Assembly: GCA_047967505.1 (NCBI GenBank)
Contig: CM106538.1
Origin: Dipteris shenzhenensis
Taxonomy: Eukaryota
Reading direction: 5' to 3' (one strand)
DNA: 64,000 nt
In this document: piece by piece, positions 25,001 to 36,105 of the stretch
Layout: every line of letters begins with the position of its first letter
Numbering within the stretch: the first letter of the stretch is position 1
Notes under the pieces: generated by a model
Databases searched by the model: none
What the model saw: only the letters and a program-made list of their open reading frames with translations
What the model was told of the DNA's origin: nothing
Translations under genes and position numbers: made by a program

Positions 25001-28000
25001 TGATGACATTGCTATTTTTATTGAGGCCTCTTCGCAGTCACTTGATTCTTTCCGGACAGCCTTGGATATCTTTTGCTCAGCTGCAGGGGCACACATTAAC
25101 TGGCATAAATTCTTTGGCTTTTGGATCAATGATGAGGACACTCTAGGCTGGGGAGTTGACGTTGGCCTTTGCTGGATTCAGAGGGGTGTTCCTGTCAGAT
25201 ATTTGGAATGCCAAGTAGGATTGGGCATCTCTCCAGCACAGCAGTTTGCCCTAGTACTGGAGAGTGTAAGGAAAAAGCTCCTTTTTTGGAGCTCAGCCAA
25301 ACTCGACCTTGCATCTAGAGTTGTGGTAGTGAGCCAAGTTCTTTTGGCCACCACGTGGTTTGTGTGTTCTTACTGGTGTTGGTCTAGGGGTTGCATCACT
25401 CAGCTCATTAGAGCAGTCATGAATTTTTTATGGAGTGGACTTGATGGCACGGCAAATGTTGCAGCGAGGGTGGCCTGGGAGACCATTATTCTTTGCTTTG
25501 TAAGGCGGTGGTGAGGGTACTCATGCCTGGGCAGGAACCTTGGAAGGATTTCTTTTTTGGACGCATTCAGGCTTGCACACCAACCTTGGGAGATGATTGG
25601 GTGGACAGCCCTCGTTGGATTTTTACTTCCGCCCGTCTCAGATCTCCTGCCTCTCCTCTCATGACTGCCATTTTGAAAGCTTGGGGGAGCTTCAGGAACA
25701 GTCTTCGAAGAGATTGATAGGCAGCCGATCATTTGGAACGATAGTATACTTGATGAGCATGGCAGACCACTGGGCACTTCCCATTACATGCAGTGGTCTA
25801 GATGGTAGAGGGGCCCCGCCTACACAGTAGGCACTTGGAAGGCATTTATTAGGCTACCTGAGGATCAGAGACTGCAGTTTGTGAGTCACCTCAGAGGGGT
25901 AGCACGCAGGATTCAGCAGATAGATGCAACCATCCCGGTGGAATGGACAGTTGAGTTGCCTATTACTTCCACCACTTGGATGGGAGCTTTTTCTAGGACA
26001 GCAGTTCCTCTATAGGTGATCGCTCTTCGAGGTCTCGGGGAAGATGCACTGGTCTTTGACGTTGGGGATGGAGGTATACTCTCTAGGTCCACAGGTGATA
26101 TTCTTTTAGAGGTTTCCTTTCAGCTTGTCAGGATTGCTGGTTTTGTGGACCATGGAGCGGGGTTGCAGTGGTACTGAAACCCCGACCCTCTACTCTTGGC
26201 CTTGGGATCCTGGAGATTGTGGTTATATGGAGGTGCACCTATCAGGTGCTTGCAGTGGGACCCAAGAGAGTGGGAGTGGATAGATCATGGGCACCGAGAG
26301 AGGGGAATTCCCTTCTTTCGTTTCACGGTTGGTAATGCCAGGAGATTTCAGTTGAACAGTAGGGGTTGGATTCCCTCCAGAGCCCCCCAGTGGGACAGCT
26401 TCTTCATCACCACAGATTTGCGTAGGAATTTCTGGAGGAGGCTCTAGAAATCCCTCAGAAATAGAAAGATCACTCTTTTCTTTTGGCTTTCTATTCATGG
26501 AGGGATTGCAGTGAACCTGTGGAGATCACGATTTGGGGCTGATCCCACTTGCCCTCGCTGTCATTCTGCAGAGGAGTCAGTGCGACATTGCCTTTGGGAC
26601 TGCATCCAGGCAAGGACGGTTTGGAAAGGGGTTGCTCGGATACTCATCATTTTTCATACTTTCCCTTTCTTCATGGTTTGGGGCTCGGTGCATGGTTATC
26701 CCTTACTGGGCCCCAGGTGGTTTATGAGGGTGAGCCAGTTTCTTGGGCACTCTCGGTCCGTCGGCAGGTGATAGAGCCCTGCTCTCTTTAGGATGTACCA
26801 CTTACTCCCTTCAAAGCTTCTCATGCTTCATTGGACACCTCTTGGGAGATTTTGGCTAGCATTTCCTCTTGGCACATTTGGAGAGCCAGATGTACAGAGG
26901 CCTTGGATGACACCCAGATACACCCATCATAGGTGTTCACGGGTATTTGGACTGACACGGTTCACACTTTGATAGCCATATGGGCTAGCATGCAGGGCCC
27001 TTCACGGGCAGCCTCTTCTAGAAGGATTGTATTTTTTCGAGTTTGGAGGGGTTCGCCCCTTTTATCGAAGGTTTCTACCGGATTGAAATGGCACTATCAG
27101 CCCCAATCCTTTCTTTTTGGCTCTTGAGCTTTTCATGCATTGCATGGTGTATCCCGAATGGAGCTTGCTCTAATGGTTTCCTTTCATACTTAATAGAAGT
27201 CTCGTTTTGCAAAAAAAAGAAGGATGGCCCAGGTTCAGTAAGAGGACATAGGGTTTTGCAGATATAGCATAGTGATGTTTGCGGGCCAATGAATGGAACT
27301 ACCCATAGAGAGTATCGGTATTTTGTTACATTCATTGATGACTATTTCAGATTCACGTGGCTCTTTCTTATGAAACACAAATCTGAAGTGTTGTATTGGT
27401 TCAAGGCATTGGCCAAGAACAAAACCAATTCTAGAAATTGGAACACTCAATTCTAACAATGGGGGAGAGTACACTTCAAATGGTACTCGAAGGAGAATGG
27501 GATAAAGCATCACTAAACAGTGTCACACACACCTCAACACAATCCAATTGCAGAGAGGAAGAGCAGGACTCTCATTGAGATTACACGGTGTATGCTGAAA
27601 TTTAAGGTGTGAAAAGCAATAGTTACAGCCACATATATTCAAAATAAATGCCCTACGAAAGCATTGGTAGGACGTCTTTTGAGGCATTTTATTAAAATTT
27701 TTTTTTTTTCAAAAAGATTACTTCATTAAGTTTGAATGAAAACCGCAAGAGTAAGCTTTAATGCGGGAGGATATCATGACATCGATGATTTAAAAAACCA
27801 GCTCAAAAAGAGCTAACAAAGATCCAAGGTAGAGGCTGAAATTGCCACTCAACCCTGAAGGAGACTCAGAGAAGAAAGGAGATCCTCTCCAAACTCTGAA
27901 AAAAGTCTCTCTCCTGGCTGTAGCTGCTTTGAAGGATTCCAGCATGCTTGCCCAGATGGCCATCAGTGTATGTATAGTATCACTCCATATACTGGCCATA

Positions 28001-30159
28001 GAGTGGAAAGGGTGAACTTGTGAACCCTTCATTGCCTTCGTACATCTAGCTCTCCAAATATATCAAGTTGCAATGCTTGCTAGAATCTCCCGAGATGTGT
28101 CTACCAAGGTATGAGCAGCTGTGAAAGGAGTGAAGGGAACATCTTGGAGAGAGCATGACTCCACAGAGTGTCGTCGTATAATGAAGGATAGTCTAAGTCA
28201 TGTCTCTCAAAAAACACCTGAGGGCCAGTAAGAGATAACCGTGCCACTGATCCCGAAGTCATGAAGAAGAGTGCTCTATGAAATATGCAAAGAATCCTGG
28301 CAACACCCTTCTAGATCGTCCTCGCCTCTCTGCACTCCCAAGGACAATGCTGAATTGACTCAACTATTGCGTGTCATCGAGGACAAGTAGGGTCAGCCCC
28401 GAACCTAGATCTCCACAGGTTCACTACAATCCCTCCATGAATAGAAAGCCAAAAGAAGAGAGTAATCTTTCTATTTCTGAGGGATTTCCAGAGCCTCCTC
28501 CGAAATTTTTTCTACACCTTTGCAGAAATCTGAAAACTATCCCAATGAGGAGCTCTAGAGGGCCTCCAACCTCGTTTAACCAGAGTCTCCCAGACCCAAG
28601 TGCTAGGAGAACGAGGTCAGGATTCAGATACCACTGTGAGTCCGTGTCCCACTCCATGTAGCCTGCAATCCTACCAGGATGGAAGGCAACCTCCAAAAGA
28701 ATATCATATGATGATCTGAGAAGTCTGCCTCCCAACTGAACATCAAACTCCCAATCAAGTGGACTCTGTGATCGGCATGTCATTTGTATCTAGCCATTCT
28801 GCTCGTATGGCTGCGTCTGTCTATTGCGTCCTGATTGGACTCTCTCTGAGGTGGCCAACTGATAAGAGTCTCTGATCCTCTGGAAGCTTCCTAAAAGCCT
28901 TCCAGGCACCTACTGTGGAAGCAGGTCCCCTCTCCCATCTAGACCAATTGAGGCATTTTATGGCTACAAGCCCAAGGTAAATCATTTCAGGGTATTCGAG
29001 TCAGGGCTCCTGTCCAGGCATCAATCCACGTAGTACAAACTTGCAGAGTAAGGCCATACACCGCATGTTCGGGTCAATAATATTGAGACCTCCTTCTCCT
29101 GTGGGGAGAATGAGGGTCTCCCAAGCCACCCTGGCTACAACATCTGAGGTGCCATCTAAACAACTCCATAGGAAGTTCGTGATAGGTCTCATGAGTTGAG
29201 CGATACAACCTCTAGATCTGCACTAAGATGGGCAAACGAACCAGGCAGTGGCCAATAATACCTGGTTCACAACCACAACCTTGGATGCAAGGTCAAGTCT
29301 TGCAGAACTCCAAAAGATGAGTTTCCTCCTCATACTCTCCAAAACGTGAGCAAACTGTTGTGCCGGAGAGATGCCCACCCCAACCTGGCATCCCAAATAT
29401 CTGATGGAAACTTCCCTCCGAATCCAAGTGAACCCTATGTCGTTCCCCCAGTCTGGAGTGTCCTCATCACTGATCCAAAAGCCATTGGATTTTTTCCAAT
29501 TAATGTGTGCACCTGCTGCAATGCAAAACAAATCCAATGCCGTCGTGAATGAAGTCAGTGTCTGTGAACTGGCATCCAAAAAAATAGTGGTATCATCTGC
29601 CAACTCACTATCTAAGAGCTCATCCTACTGCCTCAAAGGAAGCTTGAGCCCTAGAATATCAGCTTGAGCTCTAATGTAATAGCTCATAACGTCAGCCACA
29701 AATAGGAACAAAAAGGGGGCTAAGAGGCATCCCTGGCGGACCAATGTAATCTCAAACCTGTCCCCTCTGACTCCACCAATACGAACCTGGCTGTTGACCT
29801 GTAGAGTGCTGACACCCCTTTGATCCATGCATATGAGAAACTAAAACGAGTAAGTGTGCCCTCCAGAAAGCCCCCATCTACCTTGTCATAAGCTTTCTAA
29901 AAGTCCAAGAGTAGAATGGCCAGCCTGTGGCCATTATGCATGGACCAATCGGAAGCCTCCCAAAACGATAAAATGTTATCAAAGATGCTCCTGCCATGCA
30001 CAAATCCCATCTGCGTATCATGGATAAGATCCAGAAGAAAGGGCTGCAGATGAAGGTTGATAGCTTTAGCTAGGATTTTATAGAAGGTACCCAGCAAGGT
30101 AATCGGTCTCTCCACTGTGATACTAAATGCCTGCATCCCCCTTTCGGAATCAAATGAAT

Positions 30160-30424
30160 TGTAGGCCACTCTATGGGCTATCCATAGGTGTCACTCATTC
30201 CTTGGTATGTGCCTTGTATGCCTAGATATTATCAGTTAGGACCTATGGTACACTTAGTACTAGTTCTAGTTGGGACACCTAGTACATGTATGACACCCAG
30301 TTAGGGTTTCATTATATTAGGTGTATCTTTTGTATTCTTTATAACTTTGGTAATACAACTTCAGCAGCACATTTTGCTTCTTGCCTCCGTCTCCTGTTGC
30401 TTCCGTTGTTCACTCCACCCAACA
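30160..30424 (+). repeat. Copia B 5' LTR (265 bp)
   Basis: TG…CA ends; about 8 substitutions and 1 indel versus the rejoined 3' LTR. Confidence 0.95.
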
Positions 30425-31533
30425 GTGGTATCAGAGCAGCTTTGCCTTGGTTTCCAGCCTTCCCCTAAACTTCATCTGGATCTCACTTTTGCTGCCTACC
30501 TTCTTTCAGGACAGAGTTTCAGCAAGTCGCCTCTCTTTCTGGCTTCCTCCTTCCGTCCCGAAGGTTTCTGTTGCGAAAAGTTTATCCAGATTGCTTCCTT
30601 CTGCTGGGCGACTGCTTCTACAGGCTGAATTGGCTGGAAACTGCATCGATTCTCTCTCCTGGAGCTTGACAACTGCATTCCCGGACTCCCATTTGCTGGT
30701 CGACACTCTTTCTCGGTGTTTTTCAGCAGGGCAACTTCAGATCTGCACCAGATCTGCTGTTTTTTGTCAGATCTACACCAGATCTACGGTTTTTTGTCAG
30801 ATCTGCACCAGATCTGTTGTTTTTTGCTGGTCGCCTCTCCTACTGGGCACCATTTAGCTGGGCGACACCTATTCCTGGTGGTTTTCAGTTGGGCGACTGG
30901 ATCTGGTTGCATTCTTGGTTGGGGCGACTGCATTTCATGCATTTTCCTGCTGTTTTTCAACTTGGACAGCACCATTGTCACTTTCTGAGTGATTGGTTTG
31001 CTTCCTAGAGCTGGAATACACTTTCAAATCAGAGATTTACTGCTGCAGCAACTGTATTTTGCTGTTTTTTGGTCATTTCTACTTGACATTGTGCCCGTGA
31101 CACTCAGATCTTGCACCAGAATCCCCTCTTTTGCTGGGCGAACTGATTTTGGTGGCATTTGGAGTGATATTCAGTCACCATTTGCTGATTTCCAGTCACT
31201 TTACAGGCTGCGTGCTTGTCATTGACTTTTCTCAGCTTCTGGGCTGATATTTGGTCATTCTTTGGTGGACATTTGTTGTCTTTCTTTCACAAGTTCATCT
31301 GGTAAGCTCGTGTTCTTTCTGTTGCACAGTTGGCAAGGCCCTTGTGCCTCTGGACTTGGCTTTTCAGGTACCATTTGATAGTGGACAGCAGTACACTTTG
31401 ACAGTGATCTTGCTCAGTTGAGGTTATGCTTTGAAAAGCCTTGAGGCTTACGCATTCAGTCACTGATACTTGCAGTTGAGAGCTTGAGGCTCTTGCTCTT
31501 TGTTTTTGTCATTCTTGTGCATTTGACTGCATA

Positions 31534-34500
31534 ATGGCTGGTGGCAAAGATGATTTCTTTGGGGCCTTCGGTGCTGATGATAAACTCGATGGGGTTAACT
31601 ACCCTATGTGGTCATTTATGATGAGGCATGTCTTGGTGGCCAAAAATTTGTGGAATATTGTGAATGGCAATGAGCCTAGGCCTGTCAGGCAGGCTACATC
31701 TTCCACTAGTGATGTCACATCCAGTGGTTCTTCCCGTGATGCCTTTGTACCTCCTACTCAGGAGATGATTCAGTGGGATGGCTGTGATGCTAAGGCACAG
31801 GCATTGATTGCTCTTTCTATTAAGAAGAGTCTTATACCTCATATCAGATCATGCACTACTGCTAAGGACTCTTGGGATAAGCTTGCTTCCTTGTATCAGG
31901 TACGCAATGAGGCCCGTGTTGGCTATCTTCGCAAGCAGCTGAAGGATAGTCGCTGAATGAGGGTGATAACATGGATGCATATCTTACAGCTATCCAAGAT
32001 TTAAAGGAGCAATTGGCTAATATTGATGAGGACATCCCTGACTCACAACTTGTATCAGGCACATTGGATGGGTTGCCTGACTCTTACCAAGGTTTTGCCA
32101 CTACCTTGAGGTTGGTTGCCATGGGCAATGCCAACTATTATTCCTTTGATCAATTGGTTGCACTTTTACTGTAGGAGGAACAGAGCCGTGTGAATCGGAA
32201 TGCCAGTATGCACTCAGATCAGGCCTTTGCAGCCAATGATCGGAATAAGGGGAGATTTCAAAAATCTGTCCCTAAAAATACAGCAAATAATCAGCCTTCT
32301 ACTTCATCCTCTCAGGGCAATCAGAAGAAGAAAAAGAGGTGCAATTATTGCAGGAAGCCGGGCCATGAAATTGCTGAATGTAGGAAGAGGATTGCTTCTG
32401 AAAAGAAGAAGAAAGAAGCTGGACTTTCAGTCACATCTACCTCTGGCACTGATGCAAATACACATGGGCATGCTAATGAGCAAGCTAATTATGCCAGGGA
32501 TCAGAATTGGGGCTTCATTGTTCAATGCCATTACAATCCCCCAGTGCATGATACAGATTCACATGCTTGTATGGCAGTTTCAGCCTCTACATGGTTCTTT
32601 GACAGTGGTGCTTCTAAGCACATCACCTCCTATAAAACTTTGTTTACTTCTCTTGCTGATGCCCCAAAGGGGGGTTCCGTGACATGTGCCAACAATGCAT
32701 CATATATGGTTAAGGGTATTGGGCAGGTGGCTGTTACATCAGTTACAGGCACTATTGTCACTCTGGAGAATGTCTTGTATGTACCAAGCATACGGAAAAG
32801 TCTGATTTCTATTTCAGCCATAGCTACATGTGGATTTCGGATTGTCTTTGATGGGCATAGGTGTGCAGTCTATGACTTAAGTCATGCCGATGCTATTGTA
32901 TTGACTGGTACTCTTCAGGGGGGCTTGTACAGCTTGGATGCATATGACAAATGCAGTGACAGTTCAGCTCATGATGCTCATGCAGTTGATGCAGATGTTT
33001 TGCCTGATACTTATTTGTGGCATGAGAGGTTTGGGCATCTTAACTTTAATGCTATGGTAAAGTTACCAAAAATGGTTGAAGATATGCCACAGCTGCAGAT
33101 TCCTCATAAGCATGTCTGTGAAGCTTGCTTGCTTGGCAAGATGCACCGCTTTGTCATACCTAAGGATGGTAGAGTTGGGGCATCATGCAAGCTATTCTTG
33201 ATTCACAGTGATGTGTGTGGTCCTATGCGGGCCGCTTCCATTGGAGGTTTCTATTATTTTGTGACATTCATTGATGACTTTACCAGGTATACTTGGATCT
33301 TTGCATTGAAGTCCAAGTCAGAGGTGCTTACTTGCTTCAAGCATTTCATTGCCTTGGCTGAAAATGATTCAGGCTCGAAGATTGCACACTTGAGATCAGA
33401 CAGAGGTGGTGAATATATGTCAGAGGAATTTAATGCTTACATGAAATCCTGTGGTATTCATCATGAGTGTACAGTGCCTTACATTCCTCAGCAGAATGGA
33501 GTTGCTGAGAGAAAGAATAGGACAGTTATGGAAATGGCCAAGTGTATGCTTAAGGGCAAGAATTCGCCCAATATGTTTTGGCTGGATGCAGTCATATGTG
33601 CCAATTATGTGCTCAATAGGAGCCCCACCAAAGCATTGAAAACATTCACACCCTGTGAGGCTTGGAAAGGACACAAGCCAACCATTTCTCACATGCGTAC
33701 TTTTGGGTGTTTGGCCTATGCACATGTGCCTTCACAGAGGCGGACAAAGCTGGATGATAAGGCTATAAAATGTATATTTTTGGGATACAGTGAAGAGAGT
33801 AAGGGTTATAGACTTTATGAGCCTTCCACCAGGAGGGTAATTGTCAGTAGAGATGTCATCTTTGATGAGACATCTTCCATGCCCTTGCGGGACTGCAAAG
33901 TGCAGTCTACACTTGGTGTCTCAGATATTTTTGATAGTCTTGTGCCATTGCTTGGATCTGATGACTCAGATGATGCACCACAGGGTTATGCTTCTCCACC
34001 TAATGCTCATTTAAAGCCTACTACACAGTCCGGACAGCCACATGTTTTGACACAGATGCCATGTGCTTCTGAGGACATTGTGGAAGAGGCAGTAGAGCAA
34101 GAATTGGCTGATATTAGACAGCCTAAAAGAGCTCCTCGTTGGCTCTTTGAAACTCTGAAGGACAGCAAACTTGATGCTCCTTTGCAGGCACGTACGAGAG
34201 CTGCAGCAAAAAGAGATTTGGCAAACTCGGTTGCTCATGCATTGATTGCTATCGCATTTGATGAGGAGCGTGTTTGTCACAAAGATGCCTTCTCAAATGA
34301 ATTGTGCATGAAAGCCATGCAGGATGAATTGGACTCCATTCATGCAAACAAAACATGGGAGTTATGTGACTTGCCTGCAGGCAAACATGCAGTAGGGACT
34401 AAGTGGGTATACAAGGTAAAAAGAAAAGCTGATGGTTCAGTTGACAGGTACAAAGCCTGTGTTGTGGCCAAAGGCTATGCTCAGAGAGAGGGCATTGATT

Positions 34501-35798
34501 ATGAAGAGACCTTTGCTCCTACTTCACGCATCACCACCATTAGATGTGTTATTGCCCTAGCTGCCCATAATAATTGGGAGGTGCATCAGTTGGATACAAA
34601 GACAGCATTTCTCAATGGTCTTTTGGCAGAGGAAGTCTATGTTGCTCAACCTCCAAGCTTTGAGGTTGAAGGGTCTGAACGCAAGGTATGCCAGCTTAAG
34701 AAAGCCTTATATGGATTGAAGTAGGCACCCAGGGCTTGGTATGACAGGATACACACTCATTTGCTTAGCCTTGGCTTTCAGAATAGTCCTACAGAAGTTA
34801 CTTTATATATCCGCAAGAGGGGGGCAGATTTGCTGATTTTGATCCTCTATGTGGATGATATGATTCTCACTGGGCCACATCCTGAGAAAATTGCAGATTT
34901 CAAGCGGGAATTACAGCAGTCTTTTTCCATGACTGATCTTGGCCAGTTGCACTACTATTTGGGCATTCAATTTGCTCGATCTGAGGGGGGAATTGTGATG
35001 TCACAATCGAAGTACATTGGGCAGCTTCTACATAGATTTCAGATGGAGGATTGTAAGCCTGTCTCCACCCCATTAGAGACTGGTTTTCATTTCTCTGCTG
35101 AAGATGGCAGTGGTCCATGTGATGCTACCTCGTATCAGCAGGCAGTTGGTTGTTTGCTTTATCTATGTCATACTCGGCCAGACTTGCAGTATGTGGTTTC
35201 TCAGTTGAGTAGATACATGCACAGTCCCACTCATCACCATTGGCATGCAGTGAAACGTGTCTTTAGGTACATCAAAGGCACACAATACTTGGGCCTTGTC
35301 TACAAGGTTGATACTTCACTTATCATGCATGGGTTCACTGATAGTGATTGGGCTGGTTGCCAGGATACACGCAGATCCCACAGTGGCAATTGTTTTATGC
35401 TTGGTTCTTCATGCATCTCATGGTTCAGCAAGAAGCAGGCTACAGTTGCCACATCTAGTTGTGAAGCTGAGTACAGAGCAGCTTTCACAGCTACAGTAGA
35501 GTGTGTTTGGCTACAGAAATTACTTGCAGATCTTCTGGTTGGTCAGACAGCTCCTACCGTCATCCATACTGACAGTCAGAGTGCTTTGGCTATAGCACGA
35601 AATCCAGTGTTTCATGCTCGCACAAAGCACATTGAGGTTCATTATCATTATGTCAAAGAGAGATGGTCAGATGGTGACATCAAGTTGTCTTATGTTCCCA
35701 CTGAGGAGGATTTGGCAGATCTATTCACTAAGGCTCTTCCGCAGCCTAAGTTTGAAGCTTTTCGACAAGCTTTACACTTGGTCCCTTTTGTTACGTGA
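31534..35798 (+). pseudogene. Copia B gag-pol (gag-PR-INT-RT-RH) with one frameshift and few stops
   Basis: CNYCRKPGHEIAEC, WFFDSGAS, HSDVCGP, QNGVAERKNR, KLDDKAIKC, LYVDDM, RTKHIEVHYH; frameshift near 31955; TAG at 32172 and 34722. Confidence 0.93.
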
Positions 35799-36105
35799 TC
35801 TCCCTTCTCAGTACAGTCATAGGTTGCTATATCCACATTGGATGAATTCGTGCAACCATGAGCTAGTCTTTCAGGTATCTTGAGACGTTTCCAGGATACT
35901 TCAGCCCATATTGTCGAGGGGGGTTTGTAGGCCACTCTATGGGCTATCCATAGGTGTCACTCATTCCTTGGTATGTGCCTTGTAGGCCTAGATATTATCA
36001 GTTAGGACCTATGGTACACTTACTACTAGCTCTAGTTGGGACACCTAGTACATGTATGACACCTAGTTAGGGTTTCATTATATTAGGTGTATCTTTTGTA
36101 TTCTT

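Larger units (their letters stand above)
17517..27219 (+). mobile_element. Near full-length L1-clade LINE inserted in copia A
   Basis: TSD AAGGATGGCCC at 17506-17516 and 27220-27230; CT-rich 5' UTR; ORF1 from 22226 (GRGFFQV, CKICRSSGHFARDC); ORF2 RT (WRPITLL, GCPLAP, LADD) and zf-RVT; poly-A at 27211-27218. Most of the APE domain is deleted near 23495. Confidence 0.92.
14557..27697 (+). mobile_element. Ty1/copia element A (5' half only), interrupted by two L1 insertions
   Basis: LTR TGTAGGA…TCCTACA 14557-14714; PBS TGGTATTAGAGC 14717-14728; gag ATG 15560 (NKLDGPNYALW); CNYCKKPGHNIAKC; LDSGASKHMT; WHARFGH…CEGC; resumes at 27231 with HSDVCGPM and the integrase core. Confidence 0.85.

Noticed and set aside
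30426-30437. TGGTATCAGAGC as a tRNA gene (also at 5363, 14717, 36380, 39632)
   Set aside because: Only 12 nt complementary to the tRNA-iMet 3' end, each next to an LTR; these are primer binding sites.
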